The position numbers and the translations under genes are program-made. Below, piece after piece: positions 17,206 to 26,932 of a stretch of 64,000 bases of DNA. Position 1 is the stretch's first letter. Each line of letters begins with the position of its first letter. The notes below the pieces were generated by a model. That model was not told where the DNA came from. It saw nothing but the letters and a program-made list of their open reading frames with translations, and did not search any database. Source of the stretch: an uncultured bacterium (lineage in GTDB: Bacteria > Patescibacteriota > Microgenomatia > UBA1400 > UBA12108); the NCBI GenBank assembly GCA_903945195.1, contig CAJAUT010000006.1, forward strand, positions 493 through 64,492, in the 5' to 3' direction.

Positions 17206-17721
17206 ATGATAATCGCGATTTGTGGTGGCTCATGTTCAGGCAAGACGACAATGGCCAGGCAGTTTAGGGATGCATGCATTTTATCAATGGACGACTTCTA
17301 CAAAGGTAAATCCGTTATGAAAGAACCCTACAATTTCGATGAGCCAGACTCTATCGATTTCAAAAAAATAGCTGACGTACTTCGAGAATTAAAAAAAGGG
17401 GTAAAGAAAATCCAAATTCCAAACTACAACATGAAGACGTCAGAGCAAGATGGTACAAAAACACTCACAAGCAATAAGTTGATCATATTTGAAGGAATAT
17501 TTTCGCTTTACACTCAAGAGCTTAGAGATTTGTGTGATTTAAAAATATATCTAGATATACCAGTAGACGAAAGATTGCGCCGTCGTATAGATAGGGACGT
17601 AGAAAAAGGTAGATCTGCCATAGAGACGATGGAGTGGAGTAAAAATGTCGAGAACATGCACACCTTACACGTAGAATCACAAAAAGATTATGCAGACATG
17701 ATCATACCTTTAAACTATTAG
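17206..17721 (+). CDS. udk: Uridine kinase
   Basis: GGSCSGKTT, DDFYK, NFDEP, IIFEGI, RRIDRD; AAGGAG RBS. Confidence 0.85.
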   Translation: MIIAICGGSCSGKTTMARQFRDACILSMDDFYKGKSVMKEPYNFDEPDSIDFKKIADVLRELKKGVKKIQIPNYNMKTSEQDGTKTLTSNKLIIFEGIFSLYTQELRDLCDLKIYLDIPVDERLRRRIDRDVEKGRSAIETMEWSKNVENMHTLHVESQKDYADMIIPLNY

Positions 17722-17768
17722 TTATTTACAATATTCTGATTAAAAATATCTAGCAGTATAATATCCTC

Positions 17769-18509
17769 ATGCAATTATTTATCGACCCAGCAAACAAACA
17801 ATATTCAAAGTGTCTAGTCCTAGTAGGAGGCAGTGGAGATACGCCAGAAAATCTTAAGCCATTGATCACAAGCCTACTGACCAAAATCACCGACTCTGCG
17901 ATTTGCACTTTTAGTTTTTCTACTCACTCTGAATCAGAGAGTCTACTGGATTTACAATCTAGAGAACTAGAAGAAGTATTTAGCGAGTTAACGACAAAGT
18001 ACGATTTTAAGGAGATCAATATCTTTACTACCAGCATGGGTGCGTATGCCACCACATATTTACTTAGCAACAACAAATACTCAGACATTATCAAGCACGT
18101 CATCTTTTATGACCCAGCAGACTACTACATCTCAGCTAAATTTGCGGGTTCAAACGATGTTACCTGGTCAGGAACTGATCTTTATCGCCCAAACAAAGAA
18201 GTCGTCAGCAACAGACTCAAATTGATAAACTCTCAAACAAAAATATCTGTAGTTCATCTAACACTTCGCAACTACTCAAAATCTGGCTATATCGACAAGA
18301 AGTTTGTTGATAGGGGGATAGATCATGAAGGTGGTTATCCTAGATTAAACAAGCAAATGGTCAAACACTTTTATCACTGTATACCCGATATTAATCGAGG
18401 AGAATATATAAAAGAGACAGGCGTTCCACACGCAATTCTCAGAGACGGGGAGATCACAGCAAATCTAGATAAAGTCACCTCGACTGTCTCATCATTACTT
18501 CTTTTATAA
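17769..18509 (+). CDS. Alpha/beta-hydrolase-fold protein
   Basis: TSMGAY nucleophile elbow, DPADY, PHA. Confidence 0.6.
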   Translation: MQLFIDPANKQYSKCLVLVGGSGDTPENLKPLITSLLTKITDSAICTFSFSTHSESESLLDLQSRELEEVFSELTTKYDFKEINIFTTSMGAYATTYLLSNNKYSDIIKHVIFYDPADYYISAKFAGSNDVTWSGTDLYRPNKEVVSNRLKLINSQTKISVVHLTLRNYSKSGYIDKKFVDRGIDHEGGYPRLNKQMVKHFYHCIPDINRGEYIKETGVPHAILRDGEITANLDKVTSTVSSLLLL

Positions 18510-18516
18510 ACATCCC

Positions 18517-19197
18517 ATGCGCAAACACACATTGATCGGCACAAATTTTGAGTATTTTGTCCACGGTGCAAACCCATGCCTACTTTTGCACGCTGGCACC
18601 CACGGGGATGAGCATGAGGTCATAGACATCGTCACAAATGCGATTAAAAAATTCGAATCTCGCCTACCAGACTTTATTTATGTCCCACATGTCTCTCCCT
18701 CAGCAGTACTACATAAAACTCGACACAACGGCCACGGTCTAGATTCAAACCGCATCTACCTAGACGGTTCAGACATCCACGAAGTAATCTGGAATCAAGA
18801 AGTCATGATGATGTCTAGTTTCGACCTAGCTGTCTCTTTCCACGAAGATCCAGAGTACTCTACCTACTATATCTACGATGAAGGGGGGATTACAGACAAA
18901 TCAGATTTAATCCACCTCCACAATGCATTTCTCACAAAAAATGATATCGCCCTCCTTACAGGACCAGATGATATTCACGACAAAAGTATCAACCAGGCAC
19001 ATTTTGTAGATGGCTACAAAAAATTTGAATTCAAAGAAGGTATATACATGGGCGATGTACTCAACTGGGGAATGAACAAAGGCATTATCAAACACGCATT
19101 GATTCCAGAAACTCCTGGCTGCCTCAGTATTTCCGAGAAAACTTTAATTATCGACAGTTTTTTTGAGATGGTTATTCTTAAATACTTTTATCGCTGA
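18517..19197 (+). CDS. Succinylglutamate desuccinylase/aspartoacylase (M14-like) family protein
   Basis: AGTHGDE, DSNR, SFHED, PETP. Confidence 0.75.
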   Translation: MRKHTLIGTNFEYFVHGANPCLLLHAGTHGDEHEVIDIVTNAIKKFESRLPDFIYVPHVSPSAVLHKTRHNGHGLDSNRIYLDGSDIHEVIWNQEVMMMSSFDLAVSFHEDPEYSTYYIYDEGGITDKSDLIHLHNAFLTKNDIALLTGPDDIHDKSINQAHFVDGYKKFEFKEGIYMGDVLNWGMNKGIIKHALIPETPGCLSISEKTLIIDSFFEMVILKYFYR

Positions 19198-20163
19198 GTC
19201 TACAATTTTGCCAATATAGTCTTTAAACTTGATCCCTGGTATTACCTCCTCGTTTGGATCTGTGAGACTTCCGTCTCCGTCATATACAGACGGATTAGCA
19301 TTTGTCTCAAGCATATATGGCACACCATCTTTTAGCCTCACGTCAAACCTAGCGTAACCCATAAATCCTAGTTTCTTAAATATTTCCATACTTGTCTTTT
19401 CTATGATTTCTTGTTCCGCTTTGTCTAGTTTTGCCACTACTACTTCCGAAGTCTTGTAATCTTTATGTGTCGTCTCCCACTTTGACTCATATGTCTGAAA
19501 AGCTAGGGGATTTTGATTGCTAAATATCACTTCTTCAATTGGTAGTACTCTGACATCGTCATCATCTTCTATCAGATAAACAAGCAGCTCTCTCCCGATG
19601 ATAAATTCCTCTGCGATGACTATCTGGTGGAATTTATCAATTTGTCTTTTTACGATTAGTTTTAGTTCATCACCATTTTTCGCTATCGAGTCATAAGACA
19701 GTCCAGTACTACAGTGTTCGTAAGCTGGTTTTACGATCACAGGAAAATCTAGATCCAACTGCATATCTTCTTGTTCTGTCTCAAAATATCTGCCACGCGG
19801 GGTAGGGAACCCATATTTTTGTAACTCCGTCTTTAACCTAGATTTGTCACCACTAAGTACAAACAACTCTTTACTCGCACCAGTCACGGGTATATCTAGC
19901 ATCTTGAAACAATCAAAAGCTTTCTCACTCAAATATATGTCATGCCCACTCCACTCTATCAAATTAAATATCACATCTGCCTTGATATTTAAAATAGCTT
20001 CAATATTATCTTCTTGAATTACATAGATGCTAGGAGTCATCCCATTTGCAGCTAGCCCTAGTACCACCTTTTCTGCAATTACTCTAGAGTCTTCATCCGT
20101 TTCGCCATATTGGGTAGCTAGTATTCTTTTTGAAGGTAGACTATACACAACCGCAATATTCAT
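19144..20163 (-). CDS. ATP-grasp ligase, D-Ala-D-Ala ligase-like (third)
   Basis: PVIVKPAYEHCS, EEFIIGRE, YARFDVR, LETNANP; start reassigned to MNIAVV. Confidence 0.85.
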   Translation of the reverse strand: MNIAVVYSLPSKRILATQYGETDEDSRVIAEKVVLGLAANGMTPSIYVIQEDNIEAILNIKADVIFNLIEWSGHDIYLSEKAFDCFKMLDIPVTGASKELFVLSGDKSRLKTELQKYGFPTPRGRYFETEQEDMQLDLDFPVIVKPAYEHCSTGLSYDSIAKNGDELKLIVKRQIDKFHQIVIAEEFIIGRELLVYLIEDDDDVRVLPIEEVIFSNQNPLAFQTYESKWETTHKDYKTSEVVVAKLDKAEQEIIEKTSMEIFKKLGFMGYARFDVRLKDGVPYMLETNANPSVYDGDGSLTDPNEEVIPGIKFKDYIGKIVDSAIKVFKNNHLKKTVDN

Positions 20164-20187
20164 GATCTTCAGTATATAATATCTCTC

Positions 20188-20496
20188 ATGAACGTCCACA
20201 AAGTCACTAGACAAGTCAAAAAGGTCTCAGATATCTACGCCAAAAAGTTTGGGATACGTCGCGATAGCAACTGGTACATCCTCAAACTCCAGGAAGAAAT
20301 GGGAGAGCTCATCCAAAGTTACCTCATGATGACAGGCAGAGGTCGTCAAAAAGACAAAACCAAAGAACAGATCGTTGAAGATTTTCACAAAGAGATGGCT
20401 GATGTTTTTTGCCATGTCTTACTCCTGGCCAAGCATCACAAAATAAACCTAGAAAAAGAAGTAGAAGAAAAGTGGTTGGTCTGGGACAAAGACTAA
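20188..20496 (+). CDS. MazG-like nucleotide pyrophosphohydrolase
   Basis: LKLQEEMGEL...EMADV...KW. Confidence 0.85.
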   Translation: MNVHKVTRQVKKVSDIYAKKFGIRRDSNWYILKLQEEMGELIQSYLMMTGRGRQKDKTKEQIVEDFHKEMADVFCHVLLLAKHHKINLEKEVEEKWLVWDKD

Positions 20497-20534
20497 AACT
20501 GTACGCCGTAAGCCGTTTGCTGTAAGCTATATAA

Positions 20535-21137
20535 ATGAAGTCTTTTCTAAAGGTTCTATTGTGGTTCCCGCTTACTCTCATCACGCTAGTATTATCTATT
20601 ACTACCTACTCTCATATCTCCCTAACTCGTGGTATCCATGGTCTCATCCGCCAAGAAGTCACAGACTTCAAATCTCAAGGAGTCACTTTTGCAGCCCTAC
20701 CTAGAGTAGCTTTCGAGATCAGAACAGCTTTAGCTAAAGAAGATGCCAGACCTCTACTGATCAACAAATACTTCGCTCATTATGACTCACCCATGGCAGG
20801 GATGGGGGATTACATCGTCAAAGTCTCAGATAGATTCAATCTAGATCCCTATCTCGTAGTTGCCATCGCCCAACAAGAATCCAATCTAGGCAAACTTATG
20901 CCACCAGATTGTCACAATGCCTGGGGTTGGGGCATCCACTCTGCAGGCACACTCTGCTTCGACAGTTGGAACGAAGGAATCAATACTTTTGTCTCAGGTC
21001 TAGCTGAAAAATATGTCGCCTACGGCCTCAAAACTCCAGATGAGATCATGACCAAATACAATCCTACTTCCCCTGGTGGAGCCTGGGCCAAGGGAGTAAA
21101 CCAATTCCTGGAAGAACTCAGGACAGGATCTTGGTAA
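20535..21137 (+). CDS. Membrane-anchored lysozyme-like (glucosaminidase-type) protein
   Basis: N-terminal TM; VAIAQQESNLG, NAWGWG, KYNP. Confidence 0.7.
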   Translation: MKSFLKVLLWFPLTLITLVLSITTYSHISLTRGIHGLIRQEVTDFKSQGVTFAALPRVAFEIRTALAKEDARPLLINKYFAHYDSPMAGMGDYIVKVSDRFNLDPYLVVAIAQQESNLGKLMPPDCHNAWGWGIHSAGTLCFDSWNEGINTFVSGLAEKYVAYGLKTPDEIMTKYNPTSPGGAWAKGVNQFLEELRTGSW

Positions 21138-21195
21138 CTCCAGAGTAAATCTCACGTATTGACAATCCCATAGTCTGTGGTAATATCCGCAGACT

Positions 21196-21687
21196 ATGAA
21201 TAAAACATTGGTCCTAGTGATCTGTACCTTAATCCTACTTATATCTGGTACAAAAAAAGTTTCAGCAGTTGAACACGATCTACGTGCTGAGCAAATGCGC
21301 GTTGTACTTTCAAAATACAACTCACCCATGGTAGGCCTAGAAGATGTACTTATCAGTACTGCCGAAAAATATGGTCTAGACTGGACTCTCATGGCCGCTA
21401 TTGCTGGCACCGAATCTAGCTTTGCCAAACGCATGCCTTACCAGTGCAACAACCCTTATGGTTGGGGTATCTACGGCAACAACAAGCTATGCTTTAAATC
21501 CCTAGAAGATTCCATAGAAGGCGTGGCTTCTGGCCTAGCCAAGAAGTACAATATTAGCTCTATCGAGTCTATCGCTCACACCTACAACACTGTCTCTACA
21601 GATGGCTGGATTATGCACACCAAGTTTTTCATGAATAAGATCAAAAATGCAGAAGTACCTGTATCTGCTCTCCCAATTGAGTTATAA
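21196..21687 (+). CDS. Secreted lysozyme-like (glucosaminidase-type) protein
   Basis: Signal peptide; AAIAGTESSF, NNPYGWG. Confidence 0.7.
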   Translation: MNKTLVLVICTLILLISGTKKVSAVEHDLRAEQMRVVLSKYNSPMVGLEDVLISTAEKYGLDWTLMAAIAGTESSFAKRMPYQCNNPYGWGIYGNNKLCFKSLEDSIEGVASGLAKKYNISSIESIAHTYNTVSTDGWIMHTKFFMNKIKNAEVPVSALPIEL

Positions 21688-21700
21688 TCTCCACTAAGTA

Positions 21701-21928
21701 GCCGAGGTGGCCCGCCTGCAACGCTTGTGCGTAAGCACTGCGGGCAGGTGAAATGGTATATACACAAGTTAATAAGCAAATCATACTTGAAAGGGTATAA
21801 TCTTTCTTGTATTAGCCGAGGTGGCCCGCCTGCAACGCTTGTGCGTAAGCACTGCGGGCAGGTGAAATGGTATATACACAAGTTAATAAGCAAATCATAC
21901 TTGAAAGGGTATAATCTTTCTTGTATTA
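21701..21928 (+). repeat. Two identical 114-bp tandem units upstream of tRNA-Leu(TAG), each a tRNA 5' fragment with a 38-bp palindromic insert
   Basis: GCCGAGGTGG at 21701, 21815, 21929. Confidence 0.9.
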
Positions 21929-22480
21929 GCCGAGGTGGTGAAATGGTAGACACGCACGCTTTAGGAGCGTGTGCTTTACGGCATGGAGGTTCAAGTCCTC
22001 TCCTCGGCACCATACAGAACTTTTTAAATAGCTTTTCAAATTATCCCGATTTGACGAGCTATTTTCGGGTTCAAGCGGTCCACTTTTATCATTACTCTCT
22101 TTTGCACCCTTCTTTAACTTCAAAAAGATAAATCTAGGCTGATACTCCAGTTTTTGATCTAGTAAGATCGGGTTCAAGCCGATTGCCTTGAAAATGACTT
22201 TTTTGTCCTCTGAGTCACCGTTTTCAAACCTTTGATTTGCCAGTAGCGCAAACTCAAATGAGTCCTTTGCGATATCCGCCCAATCAGATCCATTCTTGTT
22301 AGCGTGCGTTAACTGTTGAGTAATATTATCTTTCTCTATCATCAGCTCCCGCTTTCTATCCGCAAACTCAGTATCAGACAGTAAACTCCCATCATTCTCT
22401 GGAGAAATCTTGAGTGCTATCAGATTATCAATCCTGCGGTTTACCCCGTCTAAAGCGGTCTGGAGAGCCTCTGATTGGAT
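21926..22480 (-). pseudogene. C-terminal remnant of a large serine recombinase reading into tRNA-Leu
   Basis: Frame stays open upstream of the track start (LKISPENDGSLLSDTEF); F..GD.EDKKVI..IG.N..L parallels the tail of 8509-10098; left limit approximate. Confidence 0.75.
21929..22012 (+). tRNA. tRNA-Leu (TAG) with encoded CCA
   Basis: GCCGAGG...CACGC TT TAG GA GCGTG...GGTTCAAGTCCTCTCCTCGGCACCA. Confidence 0.95.
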
Positions 22481-22508
22481 AATCTATAAAAACAGTTAGC
22501 TTAAGAGT

Positions 22509-23288
22509 CTATTCTTGATCAGAAGAAATAATCTCAGTCAACGGTAAATTCTCAATCATTTTTTTAATTTGAGTATCGTCTACTTGCCGAGAATAAAAAA
22601 TTTGACGCATTTCTTGCTCTTTTTGCGTACCGATAATTGACCAATTATTAAGGATGTTGGCTTTATTGATCGTGTGTCTGATTTCTTTTTGTTTAATATA
22701 CTTTATGATTTCAGCCAAATCAATTTTGTAAGAATTAAGGATGAGATAGAGGTCATAAAAATCCCTGTATCTGGCCCGATCATTTGTGGCTCGAATCTTC
22801 TCAGCACATATTTCTTTAATATCCATCACGTTTACTTCAAAATCTAAACCCCAAACATTAGTGTATTTCATCTTTTGAGGTGGAAGTAAAACATTTTGCA
22901 AGAAATCTATTTCAACCTTGAGTGAATTAGGCTGTAGGAGCGGGCCAGTATATTGGAGTTTTTCTAATTTAATGGTTGCGTTTGATAAAAAATCCTTCTT
23001 GATTGCCAAGAAATCAATCCCGGTAAACATTCCCCGTACAACCTCGAGAGTTAGATTGGTTTTGTTTGACGAAAAATCCAAATCTTCGGAAAAACGATAT
23101 TGGCTGAGATAACAATGATGTAGTGCCGTACCACCCTTAAAGATTAAGGTTTTCCCCAAAGTAGATTTTGAGATAATCTGCATTACAATTGCTAAAAAGT
23201 AGTCCTTTTCAGCGATATGAAGAGGATAATGTAGTGTCTTCCTACTGATTATTTCCAATTGTTTGCGCGTAATCAGAGGTGAGGTCAT
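22509..23288 (-). CDS. AbiEii/AbiGii nucleotidyltransferase toxin (type IV TA)
   Basis: EKDY, LIFKGGTAL, RFSEDLDF, AEK, RDFYDL. Confidence 0.92.
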   Translation of the reverse strand: MTSPLITRKQLEIISRKTLHYPLHIAEKDYFLAIVMQIISKSTLGKTLIFKGGTALHHCYLSQYRFSEDLDFSSNKTNLTLEVVRGMFTGIDFLAIKKDFLSNATIKLEKLQYTGPLLQPNSLKVEIDFLQNVLLPPQKMKYTNVWGLDFEVNVMDIKEICAEKIRATNDRARYRDFYDLYLILNSYKIDLAEIIKYIKQKEIRHTINKANILNNWSIIGTQKEQEMRQIFYSRQVDDTQIKKMIENLPLTEIISSDQE

Positions 23289-24073
23289 TTTGATTGGTAT
23301 TTTTCAAAATAAGGATTGTAGTATAGGCGCCATTTTGCATTAAACTTCGTGTCCCCTGGAATCATCCAATGAGTTCCACTTTTACTCTTCACAGTCTCAT
23401 ATAGCGTTTTCGAGTCAAACCCAATTAGATCAAACAATAATCCAAAAATTTTAATTGTGGTTAGTGAAAACCTAGCAATATATTCATTAAGTAGATCGAT
23501 ATTTAAATCTTTTTTGTGTTCTAGTAGTTTTTCGATAACCAAGTCAATTGAATATTGGCTCTTATGAAAATTTACTATATCTATTAAAGCCTTTTCCGGA
23601 GTAGCGATACGGGTAAGGTGACCATCTATACTTATTTCTTTCCAACCAAAGTAATAATCGGCTTTTGTTTTGATAAAGGAATATTCAACGGAGTGCAAAA
23701 CAACTGACTTATATTTTTTTAACGAAACAGAAACTGTTTTGTCTGTTAGCTGGTCAAACATACCGTACTGCTGTAAGGCAGACTCAAATGAAACATAGGA
23801 CTCAGAAACCAATAAATTGGCTACTGTTGAGGGGGTTAATGATAGTGACCCTCTGGTACTTAAGTCAGAAATGGCATAGAGACTACGTTTAATTCTAATA
23901 AGCCAGCCATTTTTGACTAGTTTGGTAATCAAGTTTTTAGCCTGCTTGTAATCCCAGTTCACCTTAGCTTCATCGTAAATTTGGTCAAATGTAACAATCT
24001 GGCTATGTTTTACGATCAAATTCTCGAGTAACTCGCTCTGCTTGGCTGAAAGAATAGTTTGTTTTGTAGTCAT
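23285..24073 (-). CDS. AbiEi-family antitoxin
   Basis: N-terminal wHTH, SYVSFESAL, ATPEKALID; 4-nt overlap with toxin. Confidence 0.88.
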   Translation of the reverse strand: MTTKQTILSAKQSELLENLIVKHSQIVTFDQIYDEAKVNWDYKQAKNLITKLVKNGWLIRIKRSLYAISDLSTRGSLSLTPSTVANLLVSESYVSFESALQQYGMFDQLTDKTVSVSLKKYKSVVLHSVEYSFIKTKADYYFGWKEISIDGHLTRIATPEKALIDIVNFHKSQYSIDLVIEKLLEHKKDLNIDLLNEYIARFSLTTIKIFGLLFDLIGFDSKTLYETVKSKSGTHWMIPGDTKFNAKWRLYYNPYFEKYQSK

Positions 24074-24209
24074 ATAGTCATTAGTATGTGTGACTTAATA
24101 TATACAGACTAAACCAATATTTAGCACCTGTCAAGGGGTTAGGGAAGAAAACACCTAAACTATAACCAACTAGCACACATCTTTAAAAAAGATCTGTTAA
24201 ATTACCACC

Positions 24210-24461
24210 ATGTTAAAGCGTAAAACAACATACGAGCAGATTGGCCAGAACTTGCGAACAATCAGACAACAAATGGGATTTATGCAAGTTGATGTAGCTG
24301 TAGCCGCTGATTTAAACAGAACATATGTCAGTAGAATTGAAACGGGCAAAGCTAGGATTACATTTAACCTGATCGTGAAATTAGTGCATGGTCTAGAAAT
24401 ATCCTCAAATGAATTACTTTTTTGGAAAGGAGATGAAACTGATCATGCGAAAATATCTTAA
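24210..24461 (+). CDS. XRE-family HTH regulator
   Basis: IGQNLRTIR...LNRTYVSRIETG. Confidence 0.85.
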   Translation: MLKRKTTYEQIGQNLRTIRQQMGFMQVDVAVAADLNRTYVSRIETGKARITFNLIVKLVHGLEISSNELLFWKGDETDHAKIS

Positions 24462-24684
24462 ATGGGTTGATGCACCAATTTGGGTGAAAATTGGTAGGAA
24501 CATAAGAGACTGTCGAAAATGGAAGGACTTATCTGCAGAACAAGTTGCACTTAGGTCAAAAATTGATTTAAGACGGTACAAAAGAATGGAGAGAGGTGTT
24601 ACAAAAGACATAAACTTCGATGAGACACATCGAATTGCGTTAGCCATAAAAGTTGACGAAGAAGATATTGATCATCATCATTAA
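24433..24684 (+). CDS. XRE-family HTH regulator (second)
   Basis: IGRNIRDCR...EQVA...RMERG; start uncertain. Confidence 0.7.
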   Translation: MKLIMRKYLKWVDAPIWVKIGRNIRDCRKWKDLSAEQVALRSKIDLRRYKRMERGVTKDINFDETHRIALAIKVDEEDIDHHH

Positions 24685-24702
24685 ATTAACACTATCGAAT
24701 AC

Positions 24703-25005
24703 CTAAAAGATAAACAATATAAAATCTTCTATGCCCAGGGCAAATGGAAGTACCTGCCGGAAATAGTATGGAGGATTCCAGTATTCAGGTATATAAAACG
24801 GTGCAAATATTGCAAACGGCAGCAGTAGTAATCCTCCTAACAGCATTTCCCGTCGTAGATCCTTTCGTGCAATATAGATACAGACAAACGGTATTCCCAG
24901 AATCAGACTACCAATTAAATATCCGCTTTCAATTCCAAATGTCATATAAAAAGTATACAAACAATATTCACAATTGACAAAGCCGAACAAAGAACAATAA
25001 AACAA
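24703..25005 (-). pseudogene. Probably truncated membrane protein (lycopene-cyclase-domain-like)
   Basis: RKDLRREML, PEYWNP, GIEDFILF followed by an early stop. Confidence 0.45.
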
Positions 25006-25204
25006 ACCCCCGATGGCACCAATATAATCTATTGCCTATACACGAACGGACTTTCGATAATTACCTCGTTCTGGCTTTTCTCCGAGTCAGTGAGAAAATG
25101 AGAAGACAAGGTCTTTTCATCGTGTAGAGGGGTTGTAATCGAGTTTAGGTTGATTGATAACATCCATTAACCTGATAAAATGCACTAGGTAATTGTCGGA
25201 GAGT

Positions 25205-25232
25205 GGTTCAAAATAAAAATCGTCCTCCGCAC
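25205..25232 (+). repeat. Internal att-like site of the tRNA-Leu island
   Basis: GGTTCAAAATAAAAATCGTCCTCCGCAC, 27/28 identical to 26933-26960. Confidence 0.85.
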
Positions 25233-25385
25233 TAGAAGAGATAGCAAAATATCAGCAAAGAAAATATTTCTGTGCCTGGTAGACAATATGCAAATACAAT
25301 AATTTTGATATTTTGTTACAAAATTATTGACCAGGAGGACAGGACTTGAACCATTTTATTTCCTAGCCCTATACCAGAATCAACT

Positions 25386-25550
25386 ATGGGTCAAGACGTG
25401 ACAAAAATTCATTTATCAATTACAGAAGCTAGAGAAATACTTGGTGAAATCGCCGTCAGCATGTCAGATAATGAAATAGAAATACAACTTGAAAATTTGA
25501 AGTATTTAGCAGAATCCTGGATTGATAATTTCGAAAAATCAAATTTCTGA
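25386..25550 (+). CDS. 54-aa hypothetical protein (not in ORF track)
   Basis: Hand translation MGQDVTKIHLSITEAREILGEIAVSMSDNEIE...; resembles small proteins in CPR elements. Confidence 0.5.
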   Translation: MGQDVTKIHLSITEAREILGEIAVSMSDNEIEIQLENLKYLAESWIDNFEKSNF

Positions 25551-25648
25551 CAAAATAGCTAACGAAAATAGATTGTGTAATATTGCAGTACGATTGCAAA
25601 ATTGCACAGAAAGTGTATTATTAACTTAATATATAAAGCTATAAAAAT

Positions 25649-26824
25649 ATGTATATTAATAGAGCAATCAAACAACAAGTTTTAGAATTAAAAAAAGGTT
25701 TTCCTGTTGTGGTTATTACCGGCCCAAGACAATCAGGAAAAACTACATTTTTACAACACAATTTTCCAAAAAATAAATACTTTAACTTGGAAGATCCAAT
25801 AACTTTACAAATTATTAAGGACGATCCTGTAACTTTTTTCAGAGACAATCCTAAAGATATAATTATTGACGAAGTACAAAGATTCCCAGAGCTTTTGTCT
25901 CATATTCAAGTTTTGGTTGATAAAAGACAGGAAATGGGTAGTATTCTACTCAGCGGATCACAAAACCTATTACTTTCAGAAAAAGTTTCGCAAACCCTTG
26001 CAGGAAGAGCAGCGTATCAAACAGTATTACCTCTAAGTTTTGATGAACTAGCAAAATCTAAATTTCTCATCAAAAATAGATTTAATCAGATCTTAAAAGG
26101 TGGATATCCTAGTATATACACCCGGGATGTGTCACCAAAAACATATTTTAAACAATATATAGCTACATACACAGAAAGAGACATTAGACAGATCAGAAAT
26201 GTTAGTGAATTATCCCAATTTCAAAAATTTATGATTTTACTTGCAGGGAGAGTAGGACAACTCCTTAACGTTTCTTCTCTAGCTACTGATGCAGGAATTT
26301 CTCCAAACACAGCAGAAGACTGGATTTCTATTTTGGAAGCAAGTTATGTGGTCTATAGATTACAACCATATTTTAAAAATGTAGGTAAAAGGTTAATAAA
26401 ATCACCAAAACTCTATTTTTACGATACAGGCTTATTGACTACTTTACTTAATATTCATGACAAAAAGATACTTCAATCTCACTATCTAATAGGTAATATC
26501 TTTGAAAACTTTATAGTTTCTGAATTTGTTAAAGAAATTAATAATAATGAAATTTCTGCACAACTGTATTTTTTCAGAGACAATCATGGCAACGAAGTAG
26601 ACCTAATAATCGACAGTGGAAGTACACAATTACCTGTAGAAATAAAATCATCCGCAAGTTACAGTCCTGAATTTTCAAAAGGTCTAAATTATTGGAACGA
26701 GATAGTCAAAGGAATTACCGGATATATAATCTATGGTGGAAGTGAAAAGATTACAATTAAGGACAAAATAATCTTGCCATGGACAGATTTTGCAAAAGTA
26801 TTTAAAAACATATCCAATAAATAG
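25649..26824 (+). CDS. AAA+ ATPase with DUF4143 C-terminus
   Basis: GPRQSGKTT, IIIDEVQ, KSPKLYFYDTG, EVDLII...VEIK. Confidence 0.92.
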   Translation: MYINRAIKQQVLELKKGFPVVVITGPRQSGKTTFLQHNFPKNKYFNLEDPITLQIIKDDPVTFFRDNPKDIIIDEVQRFPELLSHIQVLVDKRQEMGSILLSGSQNLLLSEKVSQTLAGRAAYQTVLPLSFDELAKSKFLIKNRFNQILKGGYPSIYTRDVSPKTYFKQYIATYTERDIRQIRNVSELSQFQKFMILLAGRVGQLLNVSSLATDAGISPNTAEDWISILEASYVVYRLQPYFKNVGKRLIKSPKLYFYDTGLLTTLLNIHDKKILQSHYLIGNIFENFIVSEFVKEINNNEISAQLYFFRDNHGNEVDLIIDSGSTQLPVEIKSSASYSPEFSKGLNYWNEIVKGITGYIIYGGSEKITIKDKIILPWTDFAKVFKNISNK

Positions 26825-26932
26825 ACTAGCGATGAAGATTACTTCTTGTGATCATTTTCTTCTCCTACAACTGTATAATCTTCCATCATTCTGGTAAAAT
26901 GTATCAGGTATTGGGACGAAACGCTAGAAAGC

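Noticed and set aside
17206-18509. udk and the alpha/beta hydrolase as further cassettes
   Set aside because: Neither end motif flanks them; udk has a normal RBS.
25006-25165. Possible structured RNA in the non-coding stretch
   Set aside because: Only short, weak pairings visible by eye and no recognisable family motif.
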